From: an uncultured virus (IMG/VR IMGVR_UViG_3300030707_000003)
Taxonomy: Duplodnaviria > Heunggongvirae > Uroviricota > Caudoviricetes
DNA length: 64,000 nt
Virus record (IMG/VR): IMGVR_UViG_3300030707_000003
Strand: one strand, 5' to 3'
Shown: one piece after another, positions 1 through 9,800 of the stretch
Position numbering within the stretch: the stretch's first letter is position 1
Layout of the letters: each line of letters starts with the position of its first letter
Translations under genes and position numbers: made by a program
Notes under the pieces: model-generated
What the model saw: only the letters and a program-made list of their open reading frames with translations
Databases searched by the model: none
Told to the model about the DNA's origin: nothing

Positions 1-151
1 TCGACGCGGACGACCTCCAGGCGCTGATGCGGGCATGGGAAGACGGTGCCATGCCGGACGGTGCCGAGGTCGAGGCGTTCGCCCGGTGGCGCGCCGGAGA
101 GCCGCTGCCGGACCTGCCGCCGAAGGAAGCAACGAGAAACGGAGACCAGTG

Positions 152-649
152 ATGGGACAGTCAACTAACGGGATGCTCGTCTACGGCTATGACCTGGGCG
201 GCGGCGAAGACGACGGCTGGAAGGTCCGCGAGGCCGGTGAGTACGGCGAGCTGCGCGTGCCGTGGCTGCCCGACCCGGACACCGAGGAAGCCACGGAAGA
301 TCTCGATATCCCCGATGAGATGAAACGGTGCCTGCTCATCGCCTCAGGCTTCACTGAGACGTACGAGGATGGCCGCGAGGGCTACTTCGGCCGCGAAAGC
401 GAGGCTGAGGCCGCGCTGGGCATCGAGCTTGAGTCCTACTGCTCCGGTGAGTACCCGATGTACATCCTGGCGGCGAAGGTGCTGACCGCGCACCGGGGAG
501 ACTGCGACGTGCTCGACCTGGCCGCGCTGAGCGACCCGGCGACGCTCGCGGCGTATGACCAGAAGCTGAACGCGGCCCTGGCCGTCCTGGGCATCACGCC
601 CGTGCAGGACAAGCCCGCGTGGCTGCTGTGCTCGTACTGGGGCTGCTGA
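152..649 (+). CDS. hypothetical phage protein
   Basis: ORF with GGAG upstream of ATG 152; acidic, typical GC3-rich codons. Confidence 0.7.
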   Translation: MGQSTNGMLVYGYDLGGGEDDGWKVREAGEYGELRVPWLPDPDTEEATEDLDIPDEMKRCLLIASGFTETYEDGREGYFGRESEAEAALGIELESYCSGEYPMYILAAKVLTAHRGDCDVLDLAALSDPATLAAYDQKLNAALAVLGITPVQDKPAWLLCSYWGC

Positions 650-677
650 CCGGCCTGCCGCCGAAGGAGGAAAGCTG

Positions 678-995
678 ATGCCCCAGCACTATGAGATCGT
701 CGGCCCGTTCAGCGTCCACAGGGTGATCGTGGACGGCCGGGAAGTCCCGTTCCTTGACGCCATGCCCGCGAACGGGGGCATCATCCACCTTCTGCTCGAC
801 CAGCGCTACGGACTGGACATCACCGTGGCCGACGCCGAGACGTTCATCCCGTGGATAGCCGATGCCATCGCGGTAGCGATGGGCTACACCTGCCACCCGC
901 GCCCGTACATGGAGGAACCGCTGCGGTCGAACCCGTTCCCGCAGCTTCACGGCATCGACTGGGTTGAGACTGCGCCGCCGAAGGAGGAAGGCTGA
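678..995 (+). CDS. hypothetical protein
   Basis: AAGGAGG RBS; stop overlaps the next start. Confidence 0.7.
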   Translation: MPQHYEIVGPFSVHRVIVDGREVPFLDAMPANGGIIHLLLDQRYGLDITVADAETFIPWIADAIAVAMGYTCHPRPYMEEPLRSNPFPQLHGIDWVETAPPKEEG

Positions 996-1294
996 TGGCC
1001 GGGCCGAAGATCCACTACTCCCGCCAGGGTGGCGGCACCTTGTGCGGCACGCGCGGTGCCGCGGGGGAGGACGTTACGTGCAGGTCGTGCCTGCGCTTCG
1101 CGGGCAAGCCCGTTCCCGCGCGCACGCTGCCAGATCCCCTTGTGGTGAAGGTGCGCCTCTCCGGCACCGGCAGCGGCACCCTGGCGGACCGGCTGGCGGG
1201 CCCGGAGGGCTGGTACCTGCTTGACCGCAGTGAGCCGGGGCAGCGCGTCTGCCTGACGATGCGCTGCACGCCCGTGGAGGAAGACGATGGCTGA
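995..1294 (+). CDS. hypothetical protein, Cys/His (possible zinc-binding)
   Basis: AAGGAGG RBS; H..LCG..CRSC motif. Confidence 0.6.
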   Translation: MAGPKIHYSRQGGGTLCGTRGAAGEDVTCRSCLRFAGKPVPARTLPDPLVVKVRLSGTGSGTLADRLAGPEGWYLLDRSEPGQRVCLTMRCTPVEEDDG

Positions 1295-1484
1295 CCCGAT
1301 TGGATTTGTCGTGGCGACCCGGAATCAGGCTTCCGGCCGGTGGGACGTCGAGACATTCGGCATGTGGCCCGACGCCGAGTCCGCCGGAGCCGAGCGCGAC
1401 ACCCTGACTGCTGAAACAGCCGCAGCAGGGCGCGGGGAGGTTCACAGGGTCTGCGAAGTGATCCCGGTAGGCGACGATGAGTGA
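1287..1484 (+). CDS. hypothetical protein
   Basis: Overlapping gene chain with GGAGG RBS. Confidence 0.55.
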   Translation: MADPIGFVVATRNQASGRWDVETFGMWPDAESAGAERDTLTAETAAAGRGEVHRVCEVIPVGDDE

Positions 1485-1659
1485 GACAGGCCCGATTCCC
1501 CACACGAAGGACTGCTACCGCTGCAAGGTGCCCATCATCTGGCTGTGGTCCCCGCGAGTCTGCCAGGGCCTCGGCGGGTGGGTGATGCTGGAACGCGTCA
1601 GCGAGGACGGGATGACGATCCGGTCGCACCGCTGCGCGAGGAGTGGCAGGCGAACATGA
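1477..1659 (+). CDS. small CxxC protein
   Basis: Overlaps the previous stop; CYRC...HRC. Confidence 0.5.
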   Translation: MSETGPIPHTKDCYRCKVPIIWLWSPRVCQGLGGWVMLERVSEDGMTIRSHRCARSGRRT

Positions 1660-2269
1660 CCGCGCCGAGCGCCGCCTCGCTGCCGGGCTTGCCGCAGGTG
1701 CCGTCCGCGTACTCGACGAGGTTCGCGAACGCGAGACGCCCGGCGGTGTCGGTGCGCCACGGACAGGAAGCACAGGGGCGGCGGCGGTGCGGGATCAGGT
1801 CAGCCACCGGGCACCGGCCCTTGCCGTCGCGGGACAGCAGCCCCCGCCGCTGCGCTTCGAGGTAGCCGGCGAACCGGTGCCCCGCCTGCCGGGACAGGAT
1901 CATGGTCGTGCATTCGCGCAGTTCCCGGCCAAGCGGCGTGATGGACACGATCTCGTCATCGGGCACGAACAGCGGCAGGAGCACGGACGGGTTGCCCTGC
2001 AGCGCCAGGCGCATCCACTTGCGCAGGCCGTAGATCACCAGGTCAAGATCGCCAGGCCCGGACCTGTGGTGCTCGGGCTGGGTCCGGTACTCGTACTGCT
2101 CGAACCGCCGCAGCCCGATCACGTACTCAGGCGGCTCGATGCAGATTCCCATCTCGTCCCGGTCATCGTGGCCGTCGATCGCGATGCCGTGGACGCCCGA
2201 GCCGACCTGGCATCGCAAGATCGTGCCCCGCGCGGCCAGCTCGCGGAACTCATCGCTACCGTGCTTCAC
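1598..2269 (-). CDS. Pol-beta-like nucleotidyltransferase, C-terminally truncated and fused to a CxxCPW (DUF6283-like) fragment
   Basis: GSGVHG...DDRDEMG...LQGNPSVL motifs; after GKGR the sequence becomes VADLIPHRRRPCASCPWR...FACH; GGAGG RBS before GTG 2269. Confidence 0.7.
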   Translation of the reverse strand: MKHGSDEFRELAARGTILRCQVGSGVHGIAIDGHDDRDEMGICIEPPEYVIGLRRFEQYEYRTQPEHHRSGPGDLDLVIYGLRKWMRLALQGNPSVLLPLFVPDDEIVSITPLGRELRECTTMILSRQAGHRFAGYLEAQRRGLLSRDGKGRCPVADLIPHRRRPCASCPWRTDTAGRLAFANLVEYADGTCGKPGSEAALGAVMFACHSSRSGATGSSSRPR

Positions 2270-2455
2270 CGTGGTTCCTCCGGTATCTCGCACACGGCGA
2301 AGTTCCCTGCCGCCAGTTCCCGCGCGGCGATCCGTCTCACGTCCTCCCCGGTGAGGAACGCCCCGGCTGCGACCCTGGCGGCGATGGAGAAGTGACGGTC
2401 CCATGCCGTGGGGACGTGAGCCGGGTCACGGGGGTGCTGCCGCTCCGCGTGCGCG

Positions 2456-2683
2456 GTGATCCTGGCCGCGCAGTGCTCCGATGCCGAGGCCATCGAGCTC
2501 TACCCCGCCGCGTCCCGGCTGGTGGACATGTCCAACACGTACTGGCTCTGGGCGTTCCCGCCGGGAACCAGGCTGCCGTTCGGCTTTGACCTGCCCGGTG
2601 CCTATGAGCGCCTCGCCGGGCAGTTTCGTGTCGCGACGGCGGGTATAAACACTTACCTGACCGCCGTCAGTGGCACCCGGTAA
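2456..2683 (+). pseudogene. fragment of a conserved phage protein (EAIELYPAASRLVD...YWLW)
   Basis: Recognisable motif, but the N-terminal part (MPWD) is in another frame. Confidence 0.4.
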
Positions 2684-2950
2684 GCTGACTCCCGGCCCTG
2701 GCACCCCAAGCCCGGACTTACCATCCAGGCCCGGCGCGTACGCCGCCGGCCCAGCGTGCCAGGGCGGCAGATCCCCCGTATTCCATGGTCTGGCCTTCAG
2801 ACCAGACCATGGGGACGAGAGGACCGGGCAGCCCCGTGAAGATGCCGGTCACGGCATCGGCACCACGTCCGCTGCGGGGAGAGTCCAGACCATGGGCGGC
2901 CTGCGGGACCTCCGGCCGGGAACCAGCCCTATTCCGGGCATGAGTAAAAC

Positions 2951-2984
2951 CGGCCCCGGCACCAGTTGCCCGGTGCCGGGGCCG
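2951..2984 (-). terminator. intrinsic terminator ending the late operon
   Basis: 13-bp perfect stem CGGCCCCGGCACC/GGTGCCGGGGCCG followed by GTTTT on the minus strand, downstream of the last late gene. Confidence 0.75.
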
Positions 2985-3025
2985 TAACTCTTCGCCTGAG
3001 AGCAGCAGCCAGTCTACTCCGCCGG

Positions 3026-3313
3026 CTACACCTCGGCGGGCGCGTCAGCGGGCGGCGCGAGCTCAGCCGCCGCAGCTGCGTGCCCGGCCTGCCGCCCGTT
3101 CTCGGTGGCCTGCTGCACCGCCGCGGCGAACTCGTCGTTCAGCCGGGTCAGCGCGTCGGCGATGGCCTGCCGCGCTCCTGCGGGCAGCCCTGCCGCCGCC
3201 TGCGCCGCCTGCATGAGCGGGTCGGCGTCTACCGCCGCGGCGACGGCGGTGACCCGCTCGATCTCGGCGGCGTGGCTGTCGAAGAAGGACTTGATCTCGT
3301 CGATGAAGCTCAT
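3026..3313 (-). CDS. hypothetical protein (lysis cassette)
   Basis: ATGA overlap with the amidase; AGGAG RBS. Confidence 0.7.
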   Translation of the reverse strand: MSFIDEIKSFFDSHAAEIERVTAVAAAVDADPLMQAAQAAAGLPAGARQAIADALTRLNDEFAAAVQQATENGRQAGHAAAAAELAPPADAPAEV

Positions 3314-4008
3314 GCGGTCTCTCCTGTGGTGTAGGGGCGTGCGCGCAGCGCCGTGGCCCGGTCAGTCAGGACCTCGGCGTCAGTGCCCGCCAGGCGCGTC
3401 CAGACCCCGGCGGGGATGTCCTGGAGGGTTCCGTTCCCGGCGCGGATCTGCCGGGCCAGGGCGAGGATGGCGGGGCGCTGCGCGGCGCGGACGGGTCCGG
3501 GGCAGGCGTGGTTGCCCCACGGAACCCCGCCGTCGGAGTGCAGGATGACGCCCCGCCCGTTCACGTTATCGGTCGCCTGCAGCGGCCACGGGTTGCCGAG
3601 CGATCCGTCGAAGGTGCTCATTGCCTCGAATACCTGCGCGCTGGCGATCAGCTGCGCCTCGGGCATCGGCGTGGTCGGATGGCTCTTGTCCTCGTGCTCG
3701 ACGCCGCGCCAGTTCGGGTTGCCGGCCACCTGAGTCCAGGCCATCCAGTCCCTGCCGAGGGGGCCGTACTGGTGGATGCGGCCGTCCATGCCGATCGAGA
3801 AGAACGCCGACGCCTGCGCGGCCGGGGTGTTGAACTCGGCGATGGTGCCGTGCTCGAAGCCAACCTCGGTGTGGATCACCCCGCCGTAGGGGGTTCCGAA
3901 CCCGCCGGCCGTGCCGTTGCCCGTGGGCATGGGCACGTTGTGCGTGATGGCGGCGTTCCCGCGCAGCAGCCCGTCGGGGCCGATGGCAAGCCTGGCCGGG
4001 ATGGTCAT
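3310..4008 (-). CDS. endolysin, N-acetylmuramoyl-L-alanine amidase (Amidase_2)
   Basis: VIHTE, SAFFSIGMDGRIHQY, GVEHE, HSD...ACPG zinc-amidase motifs. Confidence 0.85.
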   Translation of the reverse strand: MTIPARLAIGPDGLLRGNAAITHNVPMPTGNGTAGGFGTPYGGVIHTEVGFEHGTIAEFNTPAAQASAFFSIGMDGRIHQYGPLGRDWMAWTQVAGNPNWRGVEHEDKSHPTTPMPEAQLIASAQVFEAMSTFDGSLGNPWPLQATDNVNGRGVILHSDGGVPWGNHACPGPVRAAQRPAILALARQIRAGNGTLQDIPAGVWTRLAGTDAEVLTDRATALRARPYTTGETA

Positions 4009-4028
4009 GCGATTCTCCCTCCGGAGAG

Positions 4029-4397
4029 TTAGCCGTGCAGCCTGGACACGATGGTGATCAGGAGCGTGATGACGGCCGCCGCCGCGACCACGGCGGCGAT
4101 GGTGGCAGTGACGCGGAACCGGCGCGATGAGATCCGGTCCCCGGCATCGTCCTGGTGCACTTTCATGTGCGCGTCGAAGCGCCTGTCCATGTCGGCTCGC
4201 AGGGCGTCCACGCTGGCCTGCAGGTTGGCCACCTCCTTAGCCAGGTCGGCCACCTGCACCTGCAATCCCACAACTCCCCGTGACCCGCCGGCGTCCAGCG
4301 CGTGCAGGTCGGACCGGAACCGGGCGTGCTCGGCGTCAGCGGCGGACCTCTGCATGTCCAGTTCCCGCCGGGTGGCGAAGGGGCCGGGATCGGTCAC
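4029..4397 (-). CDS. coiled-coil protein with C-terminal TM helix (holin-like)
   Basis: AAGGAGCGT-GTG start; hydrophobic C-terminus; adjacent to the endolysin. Confidence 0.6.
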   Translation of the reverse strand: MTDPGPFATRRELDMQRSAADAEHARFRSDLHALDAGGSRGVVGLQVQVADLAKEVANLQASVDALRADMDRRFDAHMKVHQDDAGDRISSRRFRVTATIAAVVAAAAVITLLITIVSRLHG

Positions 4398-4551
4398 ACG
4401 CTCCTTCCGATCCGGACGGCCGGCAGACTGCCTGACGTAAGCCCCTCGGCGGCGAGAACCGTCCGGGGCACGGCCCGGACGCAGGCGAGGATCGTCATGG
4501 CAGTCTCCTTCCGCGTCCTCACGATGGTTCACGGTGGTACCGTCATAGTTC

Positions 4552-4722
4552 ATGGCAACTATCGAGGACCGGACGGACTGGCGGAGCTTCAGCATCCGGG
4601 TGCCCGCCGGCGCCTACGAGGCGCTGAAGGCCCGCGCCCGGCGCGAGCACCGGAGCCTGTCGGCACAGGCGCAGATGTACATCGAGCGCGGCCTGTCCGC
4701 ACCGGAAGAGGAGGAGCAATGA
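4552..4722 (+). CDS. Arc/ribbon-helix-helix DNA-binding protein (56 aa, not in the ORF track)
   Basis: MATIEDRTDWRSFSIRVPAGAYEALKARARREHRSLSAQAQMYIERGL matches the Arc-like pattern. Confidence 0.75.
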   Translation: MATIEDRTDWRSFSIRVPAGAYEALKARARREHRSLSAQAQMYIERGLSAPEEEEQ

Positions 4723-5108
4723 GCAGAACCATCACGGCCCTGATCGCATCGGCCGCAGCCCTGGCCGGGCTGGCGGCCGGCGCGGCGCTTCCCGCAGGCG
4801 CGGCCTATCGCGCACCCGCCGTGCGGACGCACAGTGTGCGGACGCACACTGTGCAGCAGGCGGCAGCCCGCTCGCCGATCTGCAGGCCGCCGCTGCCGGT
4901 CCTCAGGGCCAGCGGCAGGATCTCGGCGTATTACTTCGCGAAACACTGGGACAGCAACACGGCGGTCCTGCTCGGCTACACCGTCGAGTACTGCGGCGGC
5001 CTGTCCATTCCCCTGATCCGTTACCTAAACAGGCTGGGGTGGCTCGGCCGCCATGTGCCGATGCCGAAGGGCATGTACTTCACCGACGAGCGCTGGGCGA
5101 AGTACTGA
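4719..5108 (+). CDS. secreted protein with signal peptide
   Basis: MSRTITALIASAAALAGLAAGAALPAGA; GAGGAG RBS; ATGA overlap. Confidence 0.7.
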   Translation: MSRTITALIASAAALAGLAAGAALPAGAAYRAPAVRTHSVRTHTVQQAAARSPICRPPLPVLRASGRISAYYFAKHWDSNTAVLLGYTVEYCGGLSIPLIRYLNRLGWLGRHVPMPKGMYFTDERWAKY

Positions 5109-5675
5109 TCACTCGCTCAGGAACACGATCTCCATCGACGGGACCCGCCCTGCGGTGGAGACGTCGGTGGAGAACGTGACGCTGCCGATGATCCGGGCCT
5201 GGACGTAGTCCTGGCCGCCGCCGATCATCGGGACGACCTGGGACGCGGACGCGCCGCCGAAGTTCGCGGCGGTGACCGCGACCTCCTCGTCCTGGAACGT
5301 GGTCCCGCCGGTTACCTGGACGCCCGCGCCGAGCCACTGGTTCCCGGCCTGCGCCGTGCCGGTGACCGTGACCTCGTACCACCCGGTGAACGGCGCGTAC
5401 CAGGCATTGCTGGAAGACCGCCAGCCGTACCCGGTGGTGCCGTAGGGCCCGAACGGGTCCTCGTCGACCGTGTCCAGCGCGAGGGTGAAGAACGCGTTAG
5501 CGCTGGTGATGTTCTGGGTGACGGTCTGCCGGCCCCGGAACGCGATCCGCTGGGTGCAGAACCCGAGGCTGGCCTGCACCCAGGAGGTCAGGGACGACCC
5601 GTCGCCGAGGGTGGCGGGCAGCGGCGCGTACCCGGCGATGAACGCGGGGACCGGCGGCGGGGGCCACAGCGGCAT
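5109..5675 (-). CDS. minor tail protein
   Basis: Position after the tail genes; beta-rich; APFTGWY motif. Confidence 0.65.
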   Translation of the reverse strand: MPLWPPPPVPAFIAGYAPLPATLGDGSSLTSWVQASLGFCTQRIAFRGRQTVTQNITSANAFFTLALDTVDEDPFGPYGTTGYGWRSSSNAWYAPFTGWYEVTVTGTAQAGNQWLGAGVQVTGGTTFQDEEVAVTAANFGGASASQVVPMIGGGQDYVQARIIGSVTFSTDVSTAGRVPSMEIVFLSE

Positions 5676-5676
5676 G

Positions 5677-6858
5677 TCAGGCCGCCAGCCAGCAGCAGAT
5701 CAGCCGCGTCGCGTAGGTCTGCTGCACCGCGGCGCCGGCGCCGCCGGAAGTCGCCTGCCACCCGGCGAGGCTGACCGTGTCCCCGGCGGCGAGCCGGAGC
5801 CTCTTCTGCACGATGGCGGCGTTGAGGAACCCGCCGGCGCTGAAAGCCTGCTGCGAGCCGCCCCACATCGTGAACTTCGTCCCGCCGTTGTAGTTCCCGC
5901 TGGTGATCGTCAGCCCGGCGGCGAGGCCGAGCGCGTTCGCGCTCATCGTCAGCCCGAGCTGCCCGTAGCAGTAGTACAGGCCGCCGTAGGGCGCGGTCCA
6001 GGTGAAGGCGCCCGTGCTGAACGCGCCGGAGTTGTCGACCGTGACGGCATCGCACTTGATCGTCGTGCCGGTGACGGGAACGGCGGCCTGGGAGCCGAGG
6101 GTCTGCGCGGTGCCGGAGTCGTATGCCTCCATGACCGGCGGCCCGAGCAGGAAGTCGCAGGCGTCGCGGCTGTTCTTGTTCAGGAACGCGCTGGTCACGT
6201 ACGACGGCGGCGACGGCCACGTGTCGTTCGTGGGGACGATCAGCCCCGCCGTGGACGCCCCGGTGCCGCACCACCGCAGCTGGAGCGTCGGGTACTGGTT
6301 GATCGTGATCCGGGTGGAGATCGTGGCGTTGGTGGAGGTCTGGGACGCCGCGGCGACGGCGTAGTCGTTGGCGGACCCGCCGTAGTTCCCGGTGCTGGTG
6401 AACTGGATCAGCTTCGCCGAGATGCACTGGTTGTTCCCCGGCGTGCCGGCGGTCGGGACGTACATCCCGGAGATGTAGACCGGCGCGCCGCCGCCCTGGC
6501 TCAGCCCGACGTAGGAGGTGAACACCCCGCCGCCGGACTGGTTCGCGGACGGCACCGACGCGATGGCGAGGTACCAGCCGGGGAACATGCCGTAGTACCG
6601 CGACGGGTTCACCGAGACCAGATGCCCGTTGTAGGGGTCCGCGTTCTCGGTGTCCAGCGCTATCTGGGTGGCGGCGCCGCTATTCGGGATCGACGTCGGG
6701 TTCACGGTCTGCGCGCCGGAGAAGAACGGCGGGTTCGTCAGGACCTGAACGGTGCCGCCGACGTCGGCCCGCAGCAGCGGTGCCTTGACCTGCTGGTTCA
6801 GCGCGTAGGTCTGCGGTGACGGCAGGTAGACCAGCAATCCGCCACTGGTCAGCGGCAT
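5677..6858 (-). CDS. minor tail / receptor-binding protein (tandem C1q-like beta domains)
   Basis: TAPYGGLY and RLAAGDTVSL motifs; position. Confidence 0.65.
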   Translation of the reverse strand: MPLTSGGLLVYLPSPQTYALNQQVKAPLLRADVGGTVQVLTNPPFFSGAQTVNPTSIPNSGAATQIALDTENADPYNGHLVSVNPSRYYGMFPGWYLAIASVPSANQSGGGVFTSYVGLSQGGGAPVYISGMYVPTAGTPGNNQCISAKLIQFTSTGNYGGSANDYAVAAASQTSTNATISTRITINQYPTLQLRWCGTGASTAGLIVPTNDTWPSPPSYVTSAFLNKNSRDACDFLLGPPVMEAYDSGTAQTLGSQAAVPVTGTTIKCDAVTVDNSGAFSTGAFTWTAPYGGLYYCYGQLGLTMSANALGLAAGLTITSGNYNGGTKFTMWGGSQQAFSAGGFLNAAIVQKRLRLAAGDTVSLAGWQATSGGAGAAVQQTYATRLICCWLAA

Positions 6859-6894
6859 AACTCACCGCCCGGCAGGAAATCGTACGGGCGGGCA

Positions 6895-9800
6895 CTACCA
6901 GCCGAGAATGTGAGTTCCGTCCAGCAATCCGAGCGTAGGGCTGTCGCAGGTAAGAATCTCGGCCTCCGGCGCGGCGTCGATGATCAGCTGCAGGGACCCC
7001 TCGGTGATGCCCTTGTCGCCGGACACCAGCCTGCGGGTGGTCTGCGAGACCCTTCCCGTGATGGGGATGACCAGGCCCCCGCCAGTCGGGGGCCGCGTGT
7101 TCACCTGCACCATGTCGGCGACGCTCGCGCCGAGGACAACCGGCCATGCGGCGGGGTTGGCGGCGGCGTCGATCGTGATGACCTCGCCGCGCATCAGCGG
7201 CGCCTGGTAGGTGGTGGCCAGCCAGTTCGCCAGGTCGTACAGCCCCGGCCCGGACCCGATTGACGTGGTCGCGTCGGCGAACAAATAGCCGGTGGCGTTG
7301 ATCGTGACCGACCCGTACTGCGCCTCGCTCGCGTTCGTGATCGCGGGGACCTGGGAGGTGACGATGTCCTGCCGGTCGAGCTGGGTGAACTGGATGGCGT
7401 TGGCGACCTTCGCCGGGTCGTAGCCCAGGGACGCGGAGTCGGTGAACGGGATCTCCCCGGCGCTGACGTTGCTGCCCAGGGTCCACCGGGCGGGCTGGCC
7501 CCACGCGGCCTGCTTGGACAGCATGAACAGCTCGCCGCCGGGGGTGACGAACGTCTGGCCGGGGGTGACCGAGCCGGCGATGTTGGTGATCCCCTGACCG
7601 GCAGGGCTGCCCGGCAGGTCGGTGCAGGATGCCACCTGGTCCAGCCCGCCGCCGAGGCCCATCCTGGTTTCCTGCATGATCAGGCGGCGGAACACGGCGT
7701 CGGTGGACGCGCCGAGGATCCGCTCCACCCGCTGCGACGCCTGATCCCCGGCCATGCCGGTCAGCGCGGCCTCGTAGTGCGTGAGGATCCGCAGCGGGTG
7801 CAGGATCCGGGGGAAGATCGCGACCTGGCCGGCGTAGCCCGCCCAGAACACGCTGTCGCCCTGGACCTGGGTGTTGCTCTCCATCGCCGTCCCGGCGACG
7901 CCGTTGACGCAGAGGTACGGCAGGTCGCGGTGCAGCGGGGTGCTCCAGCTGCCGGACACCTTGGCCACGCCGTTGAGGTACACCGTGAACGTCGTGCTGT
8001 TGTAAGTGACGGCGATGTGGGTCAGCGGCGACCCGGCCGCGTTGTAGTTGACCGAGCTGTCGATCAAGGTGGCGACGTTCCCGACCGGCGACCCGCCGTC
8101 CCTCCAGATGACCAGGTTCCCGGACAGGTAGATGACCGAGATCGCGAAGCCGCAGGAGCGGATGTCGGTGACGGAGATGATGAACGGGTCGGTCGTGGTC
8201 GAGAAGTTCGCGGTGACCTGGAACCAGCACTCGATCGTCGCGCCGCCGGCCGGGGACGGGAAGCCGCTGTCCACGGCGGTGAGGCTGAAGCCGACGGTGT
8301 TAACGCCGGACGCGGGCTGGGTCGCGCTCCACATCCCGGCCTGGGACGAGATCCGGTACTGCGGGTTGATCAGGAACGTGCCCTGCGCCCCCGGCAGCGC
8401 CCCGGCGTTCGCGCCGAACGCCTGCGTCAGGGACGGCACGCCGCTCTTCGCGGCCCGGACGAACATCGGGTTGCTGTTCCCCGGCGCCAGGTTGGACGCG
8501 ACCAGCGACCCGGGCAGGTCTGTGCAGGGCCAGACGGACTGCGGCGCGTCGGCGAGCATCTCGGCCGGCAGGATGGGCTGCATGTTCTCCTGCAGCGACG
8601 TCCACATGTCCGTGATCGTCGCGGCGGTGAACCCCCGCCACGTCTCGTCCCACTGCTGCGGCAGCCGCTCCACGAAACCGGAGAACGGCACGTACCAGGG
8701 CGTCGGGTTCGGCGGCCCCAGCGCGTTCGCCGACCACGCGGACTGGCTGAGGATCGTCGCGGTGGAGAACGTGGTGTTCCACGGCCCGAGCGGGTACACG
8801 ATCCCGGGACCGGGCGGCCCCGGCGGGACCGGGGCGGCGGACGCCGAGAACACCGTCGCGGCGGGCGGGGTGCCGTTGGCCTGGAGGTAGAACGCCGCGT
8901 ACTGCGTGCCTGCCGGCGCGGGCCCGGTGGTGACCGCCATCTCCGCCGGCACCGGGCCCGCCGCCAGGCCCGAGGTATACGTCGCCAGGGTGGCGAAGCC
9001 GCCGTCCTGGAAGATGACGACCAGGTTCATCCCGGCGGCCCAGGCCGGGGAGCACGCGCCCCACGCCGACTGCGTCCACACCTGCCCCGGTGCCGCGAAC
9101 GCCGACGCGCTGTTGACGAACGGCCCTGCGCCGGACCCGTTCCCGCTGAACCGGACCTGCCACGCCCCGCCCGGCCAGTAGCAGCGGATCCGCGCCGGGG
9201 TCCCCGAGTCCACTCCCGCGGATGACGGGAACGCGGGCGGCAGGACCGCGCCGGCCGGGTTGTCCAGGGTCAGCACCCCGTCGCCGGTGGCCAGCGCCTG
9301 CTGCTCGTACTGCCGGCCCTGCGTGAACGCGAAGTCCAGCACCGGCGCGACCGCCGGGACCCAGTTCTGGGAATCGGCGGTCGTGTACTGCCCGTCCCCC
9401 ACCGCGATCTCGGGGATCATCACCGGCCAGCTGGGGTTCGGCTGGGCCAGCGCCGCCGGTGCCGCGATCAGGCCGCCGAGGACTCCGGACAGGTCCATCG
9501 CGGGGCTCGCGGACCACGTCGCGGTCTTCGCGGCCGACGCGACCTGCCAGGCCGCGTTCAGCGCCAGGTCCGAGGTGTGGTCGGTGCCGTTGAACGCCAC
9601 CACGGGGGTCAGCGTCGTCCACCCCGCGCCAGGCCCGGTGACCTGGGAGGCGTTCCCGCCGGACAGCAGGTCCGACCCGCAGGAGGCGAGCAGGATCGCG
9701 GAGGCTCCGGGAGCGGCCGACGTCATCGCCAGCGACGTCGCGGCGTTCGCGTACCCGGTGACGGGGAGGACCTGCGCGATCCAGTCCGTCATCCCGCCGA

